Made by a program: the position numbers and the translations under genes
In this document: positions 51,546 through 64,000 of the stretch, piece after piece
Position numbering within the stretch: the stretch's first letter is position 1
How the letters are laid out: every line of letters starts with the position of its first letter
NCBI GenBank assembly: GCA_964016885.1
Contig: OZ024742.1
Coordinates: 262,632,001 to 262,696,000 of the forward strand
Direction of reading: 5' to 3'
DNA length: 64,000 bases
DNA from: Eledone cirrhosa
Taxonomy: Eukaryota
The notes under the pieces: generated by a model
Told to the model about the DNA's origin: nothing
The model's input: the letters and a program-made list of their open reading frames with translations, nothing else
The model's database searches: none

Positions 51546-53022
51546 GATGCATTCGATGGTAATTTGGCATAGTTTCTAACTTTGGTTATTTCTTTTCAAT
51601 TCTACATATTTTTCGATTTATTTAGATAGTTGTCTGTAATGTTTTGTTTTGACTTGATGAAGATTACGGCGAGCCTTCGGTTATACTCGCAGACACTTGG
51701 ATATAAATAATGTAGTTACATATAATGTTTTCCTGGCCAGGTGAATATGTGTTAGTGCAGGACGTATGGCGTTAGTGAAAGATTTGTGGTTACAAAAAAT
51801 AACAATAGTAAAGTTGTTTTTTTTTAAGTACTTACAGATTTATTGATATAGAAAGATAGATTTTTGGGGGGTTTTGGAGACAGGAGACTTTGTAGAATAA
51901 TTATTTCAATGATTCTTTTCTACCTTTACCGTTCAACTTTCTGTTCCATATCCGTGTTTCCCCTTAACCTTCTTATTAGATTATATGTTGTCTTATTTTC
52001 ACTTGGACTGTATGCTTCTCTGTGTTGTATCTGAGGTTACATGTGAAACACCATAACTATAATATAATTTCCCTCGTTGAACTCCTTTCTTTTTATTCTT
52101 GGTGGTAGCAACACGTGGTTGTGTGTGTTGCTGCTGACGATTGCAGGACCCCCAAGAAAACACGTCCAGTCGGTAAGGAGGGTCGGATTCTTCTTCTTCT
52201 TCTTCTTCTTCTTCTTCTTCTTCTTCTTCTTCTTCGCCCACTTATTCCTGAGAGGGTCGTGGGAGAAGGGTCTTCAAACACTCTTCCAGCGAGTCCAGTC
52301 AGAAGCAGCCGTCTTCAATTGTTCCAAGCGAGACCAGCCAAGTTTATAGATGTTTTCCAACCATTTTGCTTTGGGCATACCCATGGGTTTCCTGTCGGTT
52401 GGTTTTGCCCGTAAAATCTGTCCAGTGATTCTTTGCTAAGAAATTCAAACCACATGCTCGTATTATCGGAGCTGTGATATCACAGTTTGGAGAAGTAGCG
52501 GCTCTACCTGGAGTGACTCTCTGATCTCTAAGCTACGCAATATATCGAGTCACGTTACTCCAAAGACCCTTCGGAGGAACCACATTTCGGTCGCTTTTAT
52601 TCGCGATCATATTCCTTCGATCGGCTCACGATCATAAAATCGTAAGTTCGATTCCCGGTGGCGCGTTATATTCTTTAACAAGACATTGTGTCGCGTTGCT
52701 TCAATCCACTCAGCTTTCAACTTTAATTTACCAATTAGGCCCTCCCGTTAACAACGCGAACTCTAATCGCCAAAACCTGAGGGGCTATTTATCTTCAAAG
52801 GGAGACTTGGCTGCTATTTCTTGTAGTTTGGATTACCATACAGAATAGTGACTCCCAAACTTTATTTACTCATGGAACACTTTAGAACAAGTAAAAATAT
52901 TTTGGTTCACTTTGTACCGAAATTTGAAACTATATTCTAACGCAATATTCATATGTATTAGCATATCATTAAGTGGAAATATAGATAATTAAAATTACAA
53001 AAACATTATTTGTACTGCCTAA

Positions 53023-53240
53023 GGGTGGTGGATTGTCAATATCGGTAAAGCGTCGGGTAACATGCTTTGCAGCATATAGTTACGTCCCTTTACGTCCTGA
53101 GTTCAAATCCCGCCGAGGTTAGCGTTGCCTTCCATCCTTACGGGGTCGATAAAATAAAGTTCTAGTAACACACTGGGATCGATTTAATCGACTTTCACCT
53201 CCCCCAAAATGACTGATCTTTTGCTTAAATCAGAAACCAT
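53023..53240 (+). mobile_element. tRNA-derived SINE, longer older subfamily (also 56450-56660 and 56674-56872 on -)
   Basis: Same head and central domain plus an extra atcgatttaatcgacttt..ctcc segment. Confidence 0.75.
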
Positions 53241-53887
53241 TATTTGTACTGTCTTCTTTAATGTTACAATGCTAGCAATGATAAACACGTGTTTGGTGTT
53301 TTTTTGCAATGTTTTCATTCTTAGTTTAGTTGTTTCCCACTTAGACAGTTACATATTAGCTTTATTAGGAATTTCAATTTTGTATTTTTTACGTTTTGAA
53401 ATAGAATCTTCCTCTTTTGCGCGGCACACAGTTTGAGAACCACTGACAGTCTCCTAATTTAAATCAACCTTCGTACATATAAGTTAGGATTTTCAGAAGG
53501 GATCATACGTCTTCATCAACAGATTCCATGATCAGTTACTTCCACCTGAAACCGACCCTGATTCTACGAAAATGTTTATCTATATATCTAAAAGTTTTAG
53601 GGAGTCTGTCTGACTCCCTAAACTCGAGAACCACCCAAACTGTTTTCAAACTTTACACATGTAATACTTATGGTCCTGTGAGTGTTTTGAGCAAAAGTTA
53701 TTTCAAATTTTCAATGCCCTAGGGACCGCATTAGGCGATTTAGCGATCTCTCTCTATAATTCTTAGTCTTTCTTTTTAGATAGATACATAGATATAACGT
53801 TGCGCCCATATAATATGTCTGTATGTCTGGCTGTCTGCATTACGACATTATGACGATATATGTGTGTGTGTGTTTAGATGTATATAT

Positions 53888-53919
<32 letters not shown>

Positions 53920-53971
53920 GTGTGTAAGGTTTTTCGAAATATTTACTTCTGCGTTCACAGATTGATTTTTT

Positions 53972-54022
53972 AGTTTCAGAAGATCCCATTAAGGGTGAAA
54001 GCAGCGATTCTTTGCTTAAACT
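53972..54022 (+). ncRNA. Hammerhead variant with A4 core (solo pLTR of the PLE 5 family)
   Basis: agttt CAGAAGA tcccattaagggt GAAA gcag-cgattct-ttgc TT aaact. Confidence 0.65.
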
Positions 54023-54062
54023 TTAATCTGTTATTTTAATATATATATATTATATATATATA

Positions 54063-54148
<86 letters not shown>

Positions 54149-54211
54149 GAAGTAATTCCGTCGGAAAAGTCCAGGAAAAAAGAGTGCTCTATGTAGGTAA
54201 CAGAGCTTAAT

Positions 54212-54412
54212 AGTTATGTAATAAACAACATAAGGCAATTATTCCATTTACCAGTGGTTTCTTAAAAGCAAAAAATTTTGCTTTCAATCATCAGAATGAA
54301 AAAATCCTGGTCTAGGATTTTTTCATTCTGATGATTGAAAGCAAAATTTTTTGCTTTTAAGAAACCACTGGTAAATGGAATAATTGCCTTATATTGTTTA
54401 TTACATAACTAT
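54212..54412. repeat. Fold-back with two mirrored hammerheads (54242-54301 -, 54321-54380 +)
   Basis: tttcatt CTGATGA ttgaaagcaaaa-tt-ttttgcttttaa GAAA ccactgg TA aatggaa; the flank resembles the PLE 1 pLTR (tacatagagcactc). Confidence 0.85.
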
Positions 54413-54424
54413 ATATATATTTTT

Positions 54425-54516
54425 TATATATATTTATCCTTATCGAGCCTCGTGAAATAAATACTTTTGTTTATATTTTGTTATTGTGTATGCAAAAATA
54501 TCTGTACACGAATATA

Positions 54517-54572
<56 letters not shown>

Positions 54573-54755
54573 TATATTCGTGTACAGATATTTTTGCATA
54601 TATATAATTATATATTCGTGTACAGATATTTTGCAGACACAATAACAAAATATAAACAAAAGTATTTATTTCACGAGGCTCGATAAAGATAAATATATAT
54701 CAAATATATAAGAACCCTAGAGCAAATCCCGAGCAACGCCGGGCGATTCTGCTAG
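54425..54755 (+). mobile_element. Fold-back ending in a Helitron-type 3' terminus
   Basis: 54428-54520 is inverted at ~54600-54700. cccgagcaacgccggg-cgattctgCTAG-t at 54728-54755. Related pieces at 25010-25060 and 61380-61476. Confidence 0.6.
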
Positions 54756-55414
54756 TATTTAACTAAAAAGATCTTCCAACGCAATTCTATGTACTAACCT
54801 TTGTTATGCTATTTAGAAAGTTACTAATAAATATTGGTAAATAATATTAAGGAAATATTACTAATTCATTCAAAATTCTTGACTATTTTCAAAATTATAG
54901 GCAGTGAATGTTTATTAGAAATATAGTAAGGAAAGGGTTAGTGGTAACGCTGTAACGGGTTAATGGTAACGCTGTAACGGGTTAATGGTAACGCTGTAAT
55001 GGAAACGTAATTTGCTGGGAATCCCAGCTGAAAGTCACAACTTCAAGGGTAGTTTTAAACCCATCAGTAAATGCTTAAAGGTACGTGAGAGCTCAGGAGC
55101 TGTCGGTACTAGATACATTATTTCCATAAAATTATTACATGAATAATAATATAAAGGGAAACATTCCCTCTCAAAACATACAAATATAATTAACCTAGTT
55201 ATAAACACGTTTGTTATGTATTTGTATATATGTATGTGCATATATATATATATATGTGTGTGTGTGTTTGTATGTGTGCGTGTGTGTGTGTGTGCATCTA
55301 TTTGTAGTTTTCTTAGTATGTATGTGTACAGACTAATTAGGTCTACTAGTATGATGATATCAGAGAGCAGGTGGCTACAGTTGAAGTGGTATGTGTCATG
55401 TCTGTGTGTGTGAG

Positions 55415-55477
<63 letters not shown>

Positions 55478-55480
55478 GTG

Positions 55481-55524
<44 letters not shown>

Positions 55525-57344
55525 TGTGTGTGTGTGTGTGTGTGCGTGTGTGCGTGTGCGTGTGTGTGTGGAGGTCTTCAAATATGAAAATATCTATGTG
55601 AATCTACAACCACCGTGTAGAGTAGCGTATTTAATCAACGGTTTTACTGACTATGCTATTCTATGGCGAAATTTAGGAGCTTTAAACCTACATTTTTTAA
55701 AGACCGTCAACAATATCACTCTGAGAAAAAACGAAATCTTTCAAAGAAAATCTGGAAACGTATATTTTATTGGTCAGTAAACACCATAAATATAATAAAT
55801 ATATCGACCCGTAACTCCTGATGAAGACGTGGGGGAACCGGTATCACATGCGGCATATTTCGTGCATTTTAAACTTGGCGGAGCCCATCTTCCTTCAGGT
55901 GAAGGAGAGAGAGCGAGTGTGTGTGTGGGGGGGGGGGGGGGGGGTAACAGAGATATAGAGGAAGAATTGACCCAGTACTGGACTGGTAAGGAAGGGTTAA
56001 TGGTATCGCTGTAACGGAAACCTAATTTACTGAGAATCCCAGCTGAAAGGATGAAAGACATGGGTCGACACGAGGTTATGGTAAATAACATTTACCCATG
56101 ATGCCATGCTCTACGATCGAACTCGGTACCTAATGATTGCGAAGCGAACTTCTTTATCATTCAACTATGCTGTGTTCACTATCTAAAACACGTCACAGAG
56201 ATGCGACGGAGATTGGGATATCTTCGACAGTCACGAACAAGAACACTATTAGCCAGAGATAATATAGGAGCGCAGTTACGAAAGATTACACACTACCATG
56301 ATGCCAGTCCCCAGTGCCTGCTTCTTGGTTGGGTATTCCTTGGTGTTAAACCGCATGAATATTTCACAAAGGTACTACATTCCAGAGTTCATCATCTCCA
56401 GGAATAAAGGTCTATGTGGACCTATATATAATATGTGTATTTATAATGATTTCTGATTTAGGCACAAGGCCAACAATTTAGAGGAGGGGAAAGTCGATTA
56501 AATCGACCCGGGTGCGTTAATGATGCTTTATTTTATCGAACCCGTAAGGATAAAAGGCAAAGCTAACCTCAGCAGGATTTAAACTCAGAACGTAAAAGGT
56601 CATAACAATATGCCGGAGAGCCTGTTGTCCGACGCTCTACCGATACAACCAATCCACTGCCCTTTTTATTTACAATTGTTTCTGATTTAAGCACAAGGCC
56701 ACCTATTTTGGAGGAGCGGAAAATCGATTAAATCGACCCCAGTGCGTTACTTGTATTTTATTTTATCGACCCAGTAAGTTAACCTCGGTGAAAATCGGAT
56801 TTAGAATGTAAAGTGATGTAACTATATATCACAAAGCATGTTGTCCAACGCTGTGCAGCCAATACACCACCCTACGTTTATTTATAATAAACATACATTT
56901 TAGTCTCACTGTCAATATTTTAAAATCTCTTATAGCTTCAAGTAGTCGGATATGAAACCATATACAATGTGTTGACGTATAATAAACATATATTACGGTC
57001 TCGGTGGAGTCTCAATCACATCGTGGACTCTTTTATTTTACGGCAAAGTCTTTTTTTCTTATTAACATGTTGAATGGAGATGGAAATAATCTCGGAAGCG
57101 CACTTTGTAAAAGGATGTATATTTAAGTCCAAGTATAGTCCATCTAAAATGGTGTGTCTCTGATCCAGTGTCCATCTGAAGTGGTATGTCTAAAAAGGTG
57201 TGTTTTATGGTCCAGTGTCCATCTAAAGTGGTGTGTTTAGAACATAGTTGTGTTTTCATCAAAACACCGATACACACGCACGTGAGCACACATATATATA
57301 AACATACACATACACCCTATATGTGTATATGCATGTATATAGAA

Positions 57345-57436
<92 letters not shown>

Positions 57437-57440
<4 letters not shown>

Positions 57441-58513
57441 CGTTTCTGAATTTGTTTAGCAAGATTCTTTATCTGAAAACGTGCGTTGAAACCGATATTG
57501 TTATGCTTTGGGAGGATCATGTTGCCAATAAGAAACACACGCACCAGTTGCTTTCACTTCAATTTATTATAAATTAAATTTATAAATTTAGGAATTTATA
57601 AATTTAGGAATTTATAAATTTATAAATTTCCGGTTGGTTGGTTCCACAACCAGACGATTGTTCATATATTGTCAAAGTTCTTTCGTCACACATTCTGTGA
57701 CCTCTTCAGTGACTGGGGATTCTTTTCTTTGTTTTTGTGCCTCTCCTTTGTTCTGTCCTACGCCATTTTGTTTTTGTGTGTGTGGTGTGCTTAGTTTGCG
57801 CATGTGTTACATCCGGGTGTCTCTCGCCAGTGTTCATTTAAATGAACACTGGCGAGAGCTTCAAGATAGTAAAGAATCATCTGTACTCCACCAACATGCT
57901 AAAATAGAACATAAGGGTAAATTAGAGAACATAGAAATAAAAATAGAATCTACACACAGAAAAGACGCAATGTTTAGACAAATCACAGAAGCAATAAACA
58001 TAAATGAACTCCAACCAAAATTAAATAGAAAACATGAATGGAATAGCAACATCACAACTTACAATTAAGGACAAAATGAAAACACACACACACATAGAAC
58101 AAACAACCAACCAGTAACATGTAAATAAACAAATAAATAAACAAATAAAAACACACAGACACCCGGATGTAACACATGCGCAAACTAAGTACACAACACA
58201 CACAAAAACAAGATGGCGTAGGACAGAACAAAGGAGAGGCACAAAACAAAGAAAAGAATCCCCAGTCACTGAAGAGGTCACAGAATGTGTGACGAAAGAA
58301 CTTTGACAATATATGAACAATCGTCCGGCTGTGGAAAAAACCAACCGGAAATTTATAAATTCTTAAATTTATAAATTTAATTTATAATAAATTGGAGTGA
58401 AAGCAACTGGTGCATGTGTTTCTTATTGGCAACATGACCCTCCCAAAGTATAACAATATCGGTTTCAACACACGTTTTCAGATAAAGAATCTTGCTAAAC
58501 AAATTCAGAAACG

Positions 58514-58516
<3 letters not shown>
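57437..58516 (+). mobile_element. Penelope-like element 4: GIY-YIG tail between inverted pLTRs; hammerheads at 57671-57713 (-) and 58265-58307 (+)
   Basis: 57437-57821 is inverted at 58158-58516. Central HLNEHWREL...LHQHAKIEH...DAMFRQITEAININ...LNRKHEWN. (TA)n flanks. Confidence 0.85.
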
Positions 58517-58578
<62 letters not shown>

Positions 58579-58581
<3 letters not shown>

Positions 58582-58800
58582 TATAAATGTAAGCTATCGC
58601 CGTATTTTGACTAAAGAAATTAAAGAAAATTATTTAACCAGATAGTGGGGTTAAGAACCATCGGAGAAATGGAAAAAGATGAGTATTGACGTCAATACTC
58701 ATCTTTTTCCATTTCTCCGAGGGTTCTTAACCCCACTACCAGGCTAAATAATTTTCTTTATTTCTTTAGTCAAAATACGGCGATAGCTTACATTTATAAT
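58579..58800. repeat. Near-perfect palindrome (~110-bp arms) centred on tgacgtca
   Basis: Arms are reverse complements with few mismatches. Confidence 0.85.
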
Positions 58801-58841
58801 TTCAAACTCACTCGCTGTTTCGAAAATATTGTTACTTTATA

Positions 58842-58874
<33 letters not shown>

Positions 58875-60446
58875 GTGTGTGTGTATATATATATTTCTAT
58901 TTACATACTCTTATGTAATTATATGTACTAGCAGAAAAACCACCCTTCGGGTGGTTTTCTGCTAGCATGTGTAGTGTGTATATTGATATTATACGCAAGT
59001 ATATATGCATACAGATATGATCAAATAAAATCGTAATTGACAATATACACAGAAATTGAACGAAAACTGTTACATGATACATTAAAAAAAGACGATATTA
59101 TATATAAACTGCATTAGGAGAAAATTAGTGCCAGAAATATATGAATATTTATTTAAACGATCACTAACCGGAAGTGTTGACATTTGAAAATTTTAAAGAA
59201 CTGAATCTTTAAATAAGTAATAAAATATATTTAATGAACAGCCACGAAATTTAGTAGATAAATTATGTAATATTCATTCATTATTTATTCAAAGTAATCC
59301 AACTTATTTTACTAAGGGGATAAAAAATTATAAAACCGTACGCAATACCGCGCTTCTTACTTTATTATAGTTTAGATTTTTGTACACCAATGTGTCTATG
59401 TACGAGTTGCGCGTGTGTGCGTGCGTGTGTTTGTATTTAAAACATACTATTTTGTTTGTTTATTTTTCGGCTGTCTGGTCAGTTGAATACATATATTAAG
59501 TCAATAACCCGAAATACGCTTATGTTTGTATCTATGTATACTCACGCATGTATATATGTGTGTATGTATGTGTATGTATGTGTCGAACCACACCACCTAC
59601 ATCCACACCACGTATAAACACAAACACACACGTGCGCATCCCCACATATACACACTCAGCCTCCGGAATCCACACTCCCCCCACCCCACCTCTCTGACCT
59701 TCTCCATCCACACGCACGCACACACCGTCTTACACCCCACCCCACGCACACACCTTTTCCTGAACATGGAACCTCGTTCTTCCCCCAACCCTCACATTCA
59801 CATACACACGCACACACACACACACATACACCTACACACATACACAAACACCACCTTCAGCCCTCCCCGCTCTGACCCCCCGCCTCCCTCTCCCAACTCC
59901 ACCCGCCACCACCCCTACACGCCTCACACCCTTCCACCACTTGTTTATTTTTATGTTTAATTTTATGTTTATTTTTATTTTTATTTTTATTTGTACTTCT
60001 TCAATCGTTTTTCCTCCCTTTTCTCTCTCCCACCCCCTTTTTCTAAATGTCTTTCCACCACTCCCCCACACACCCTCGGAACTCTCTTCCTACTCACTTT
60101 TCTCCTGATGAGGGGCTTATGCCCGAAACGCATGAAATATGTTAATGACAGTTGAAAAAGAACGTTATATTTAGACGCTAGGTAAATTTAAATAATTATT
60201 ATGATAATTTTTTATTTTTTTATTTTTAAGGGAAGAAGAAAGAGAGGTTAATATTAATAAGGTTGTAAGAAAATTTAAGGAATGAATATAAGAAAAAAAG
60301 TATATTATATTTAGAAATACACTATTATTATTAAAATATAATTGTATGGATCAAATCAGTGATGGTGTAAAGAGAGTGATATAATTATAATTATTTTTTT
60401 AATTATATAATTATATATTTTGGTACTATCTATAAAATAATATGAG

Positions 60447-60496
<50 letters not shown>

Positions 60497-60660
60497 GTAT
60501 GTGTATGTATGTTTGTATGTGTGTATGTATGTTTGTATGTATGTGTATATCTACGTGTGTATGTATGTATGTATGTATGTGTGTGTATATATGTATGTTT
60601 ATGTGTATGTATGTGTGTGAGTATATGTATATATGTGTGTGGGTAGGTATATTATTAAAT

Positions 60661-60733
60661 TTTCATTCTGATGAGCGATTTCAGACGTCTCTGTTGAGCT
60701 CGTCTGTCTTCGTGAAATCTTTGGTAAATGGAA
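60661..60733 (+). ncRNA. Type I hammerhead (family of 54321-54380)
   Basis: tttcatt CTGATGA gcga..cagacg...cgtctg..tcgt GAAA tctttgg TA aatggaa. Confidence 0.78.
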
Positions 60734-60830
60734 TAATTGTCTTATGTTGTTTATTACATAATGATATATATATATAATAGAAAAACGAGGAAGTTTCGTT
60801 TACTTATGTAAAATATTTATTGCGTATCGA

Positions 60831-60921
60831 CCTGTTACGCGCGTTTCGCAGAGGATTGGCTCAAGGTGACCGATAGGGGTTATGGACCTGACTCCAGTAT
60901 CGATTTGTTCCTCAGATTGGT
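60831..60921 (-). ncRNA. Hammerhead-like motif with decayed stem I
   Basis: accaat CTGAGGA ...long insert... GAAA cgcgcg TA acaggt. Confidence 0.45.
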
Positions 60922-61332
60922 GATGCGACAAAAGATATATTTAAGTTGTGGTATGTGGGCCGAGAAGGTATATATATATATATATAGGCATCGATCTTAT
61001 TTTTTGTGTGTGGGCGTAAGTGTGTATTTTGGTGTAATTGGTGGAGCGGCAATGCGGGTGTGTATTCACCGGTATTCATGTGCGTGTTTACGTGAGCGCG
61101 CGAGCAATTAAGGATTCGTGTGTGAGTGCGCACGTGTGGGCACGTTTTGGAATGTGTATTGGTCAGTCAAGCTTTGCGCCGCTGAGACCGGGAGACCACT
61201 CATCATGGGAGTACTCAATGTATGGGGAGATGCAGCGTCGGTATAGAGATATGTAAAATCCGGACCGCGGTGTCAAGCGGTTTCGGCTTGACACAAGTCG
61301 AAACCGCCTGGCGCCGCGGTCGGGATTTTACA

Positions 61333-61381
<49 letters not shown>

Positions 61382-61476
61382 ATAATAATAGTAATAATAA
61401 TAAATTTGAAGACTAAAATCCAAAGAGGGCTCGATAAGGATAAATATATATCAAATATATAAGAACCGTAGAGCAA

Positions 61477-64000
61477 ATATTTATTAAAATAACAGATTAA
61501 AGTTTAAGCAAAGAATCGCTGCTTTCACCCTTAACGGGATCTTCTGAAACTAACAAAGTCAATCTGTAAACGCCGAAGTGGATATTTCAAAAAACGTTGC
61601 AACCGGAGGAAGACAGGAAGACGATACTTTGGTTCGTGGTAACGTTCCCTGGCAAAGAACGGGAAAAAACGAATATAATAGGTCATTAATAGGAGCGGTG
61701 AAAAACAATTACGCGCAAAGACAGAACCACGTTTATGGTATAAAAGAGGTCGTAGACTAATGTTCTCTTAGATGGTTCATAGAGACGTTCTCTGGCAATG
61801 AACGGAAAAAACGAAGATAATACGTCATATGTGGAGCGTGGAGAACAATTGCACGCAAAGACAAAACCACGTAAATGGTATAGCTGAAGTCGTAGACTAA
61901 ATTCTAACTAGGAAGCCGAATGAATCTCCGCTTCAGAGTTAAGAATAAAGTAAATAAAATACAATACAGAGGTAATAGAAATTAAATAAATACATACACG
62001 CATGCAAATACGTACATACACAAGCATACGCGAAAACACTTGCCATAGGTATACAAAACCACGCACATATAAATATGTGTGTGTGTTTATGCGTGTATAC
62101 AAATAAATAAATAATTAAATAAACGTATATAAATAAATAAATACGTATATAACAAGCACACACACATACCTACATGTAAATACACAAATGTTCGGAGACG
62201 TAAGTCAACCAAAACATGAAGTACACATATATACACACCCTACATACGTACGAACCTGCATACTCACACAGACGCAAAACTCCCGTATACACATAACCAA
62301 ACCATATGTACCAGAATATATAAAAAATTATACGCCATACCATATACAATCAAATATACGTACGAGAAAGTATACGTACCTTCACAAAACATACAGGTAA
62401 TATATACTTACCTATGCAAATAAGTAATGGTATAAATAAAACATATACTTAGCTACCACATCAAGACGTAAAATATCCACGTATAGATCGTACTATCCGT
62501 TAGGGTATAACGTGGGGCTGTAATACAGGAAAGTTTTGTGCAATTTATGTTTACAAGCCGAAATTGCCTCAGATTTTTTGTTTAAGATGTGGTCTGTGGC
62601 GTAGAGTATTTCCAGGGCCTCAGCGGCGCAGAGGTCACATGGTTTTTTATTTCCGTTATAGGATCTAGCCCTAGCTAGGATCTCCCAGTGTAACTTATAT
62701 TGGGTGTGGTTGTCTTTTAGACTCCAGATATAAGCTGAAAGTGACGTCATATTCCTTCTTAGAGGGTAACGAAAAGAATGGGTATGCATGTAAAGACGCT
62801 GCTTGAATCTATTGGCGGTTAACCCTATGTAGGCCCTACGGGACGTGGGTGTTTCAACCTTACATTTGTAGACTATGTTACTAGAGAGGCATTTCCCGGA
62901 TAGGGGGCAATCAACCCGATTCCTACAATTACAGTTAGTACTAACTACGGGGTTGCACGTGTTCCTACGGCTAGGTAGTTTAGCTAAATTTGAAGCTGTG
63001 ATGTTATGTGCAAGGTTATGAGTCGTAGAGTAATAAATTTTAATAGTATTTCTATTAAAATTTTTATTATATTTATGTGTAGGGGGAAAATGCTTCATAA
63101 TAAGGGAAAGAAAGATCTTAGCTAATGGTGTGGCCACCTCCATATTATATGATGGGTTATACCAACAAATGCGACGGGATCTATTTCTTCTAGGTCTATT
63201 TTCGTACTCGGTATATGCTACCTTATCGACAAATCCACTCCGAGCAAGAGCTTCATTGTAATAAGTGGAATGGTCGTTGAAAATATGCTCGTTAGTAGAT
63301 AAACGGGAAAGCCTCAACGAAACGTTTCTTACCAGGTTCTTGGTTATGCTGGCAGGATGGTTGGATACTTACTTATGTAATTAAGCGTATCATTCGGCTT
63401 TCTATACGGGTAATACAACCCATTCGATAAATTGAGGGTAACGTCGAGGTAATTAACGACCGAGAGATTGACCTCAACCTGTATAGAGAGGTTGAAGCCT
63501 TTAAAGAAGGCTGTGAGTTCTTTTCTGAACCTGTCGCAAGCACGAGGTCCGCACTTAGTCATGGTCAAAAGACCATCATCACGGTACAAACCACCGCCCG
63601 CGTTGGGGAATTCGTCCTTGATAGAGAAAAGAAGAAAAAGGCCGATAAGATCAGTAACCTCCGCAAAATCGCTGGCGCCCATACTCACGTTTTTTTTCGT
63701 TCATTGCCAGAGAACGTCTCTATGAACCACCTAAGAGAACATTAGTCTACGACTTCTTTTATACCATAAACGTGGTTCTGTCTTTGCGCGTAATTGTTTT
63801 TCACCGCTCCTATTAATGACGTATTATTCGTTCTTTCCCGTTCTTTGCCAGCGAACGTTTCCACAAACCAAAGTATCGTCTTCCTGTCTTCCTCCGGTTG
63901 CAACGTTTTTTGAAATATCCACTTCTGCGTTTACAGATTGACTTTTTTAGTTTCAGAAGATCCCGTTAAGGGTGAAAGCAGCGATTCTTTGCTTAAACTT
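61477..64000 (-). mobile_element. Penelope-like retroelement 5 (Nematis-like), 5'-truncated, with an inverted pLTR at 63703-64000
   Basis: RT fragment 63344-63688 (MGASDFAEVTDLIGLFLL, GLYRDDGL, NYLDVTLNL). GIY-YIG ORF 62493-63317 (CNCR..CPLSGKC, IVYKC, AYIGLT, CDLC, CKH). 61499-61800 is inverted at 63703-64000. A4 hammerheads at 61501-61551 (-) and 63949-63999 (+). Confidence 0.9.
62493..63688 (-). pseudogene. PLE RT C-terminus plus GIY-YIG endonuclease (one frameshift)
   Basis: ORFs 63344-63688 and 62493-63317 are collinear with the PLE 1 and PLE 3 proteins. Confidence 0.88.

Noticed and set aside
55811-55850. Hammerhead core CTGATGA...GAAccggTA
   Set aside because: No stem II or stem I pairing and GAAA incomplete; at best a decayed copy.
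60098-60140. CTGATGA ggggcttatgccc GAAA cgca TG motif
   Set aside because: Good stem II, but the cleavage position is G and stem I is poor; treated as a dead hammerhead.

Overview
AT-rich, microsatellite-saturated animal genomic DNA. It is most likely an octopod cephalopod, inferred from the recurrent tRNA-derived SINE and the (TA)n/(CA)n/(GA)n density. One host gene is supported: a minus-strand CABIT-domain (THEMIS/GAREM-like) protein with two phase-compatible exons (33043-32720 and 17883-17015) and a ~14.8 kb intron full of transposons; two further upstream exons are tentative. The rest is mostly retroelement remains: at least five coding Penelope-like elements (PLEs, RT and/or GIY-YIG), many solo or fold-back PLE terminal repeats (pLTRs), a near full-length Tx1/L1-clade element plus fragments, RTE, R4-like and CRE-like fragments, about 8 SINE copies, Helitron 3' ends and a 22-bp minisatellite. 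The main hidden signal is RNA structure. About 25 type-I hammerhead-ribozyme motifs can be read by eye in the PLE-type repeats. Several families carry non-canonical cores in all their copies: a compensatory U3-A8 pair (UUGAUAA), A4 (CAGAAGA), C4, and a one-base core insertion. Many sit in perfect fold-backs, and several lie on the sense strand of the host intron. One Neptune-like PLE has a long upstream ORF joined to its RT frame by a U-UUU-UUA -1 slippery heptamer. All calls are by eye, with no database search or folding run.
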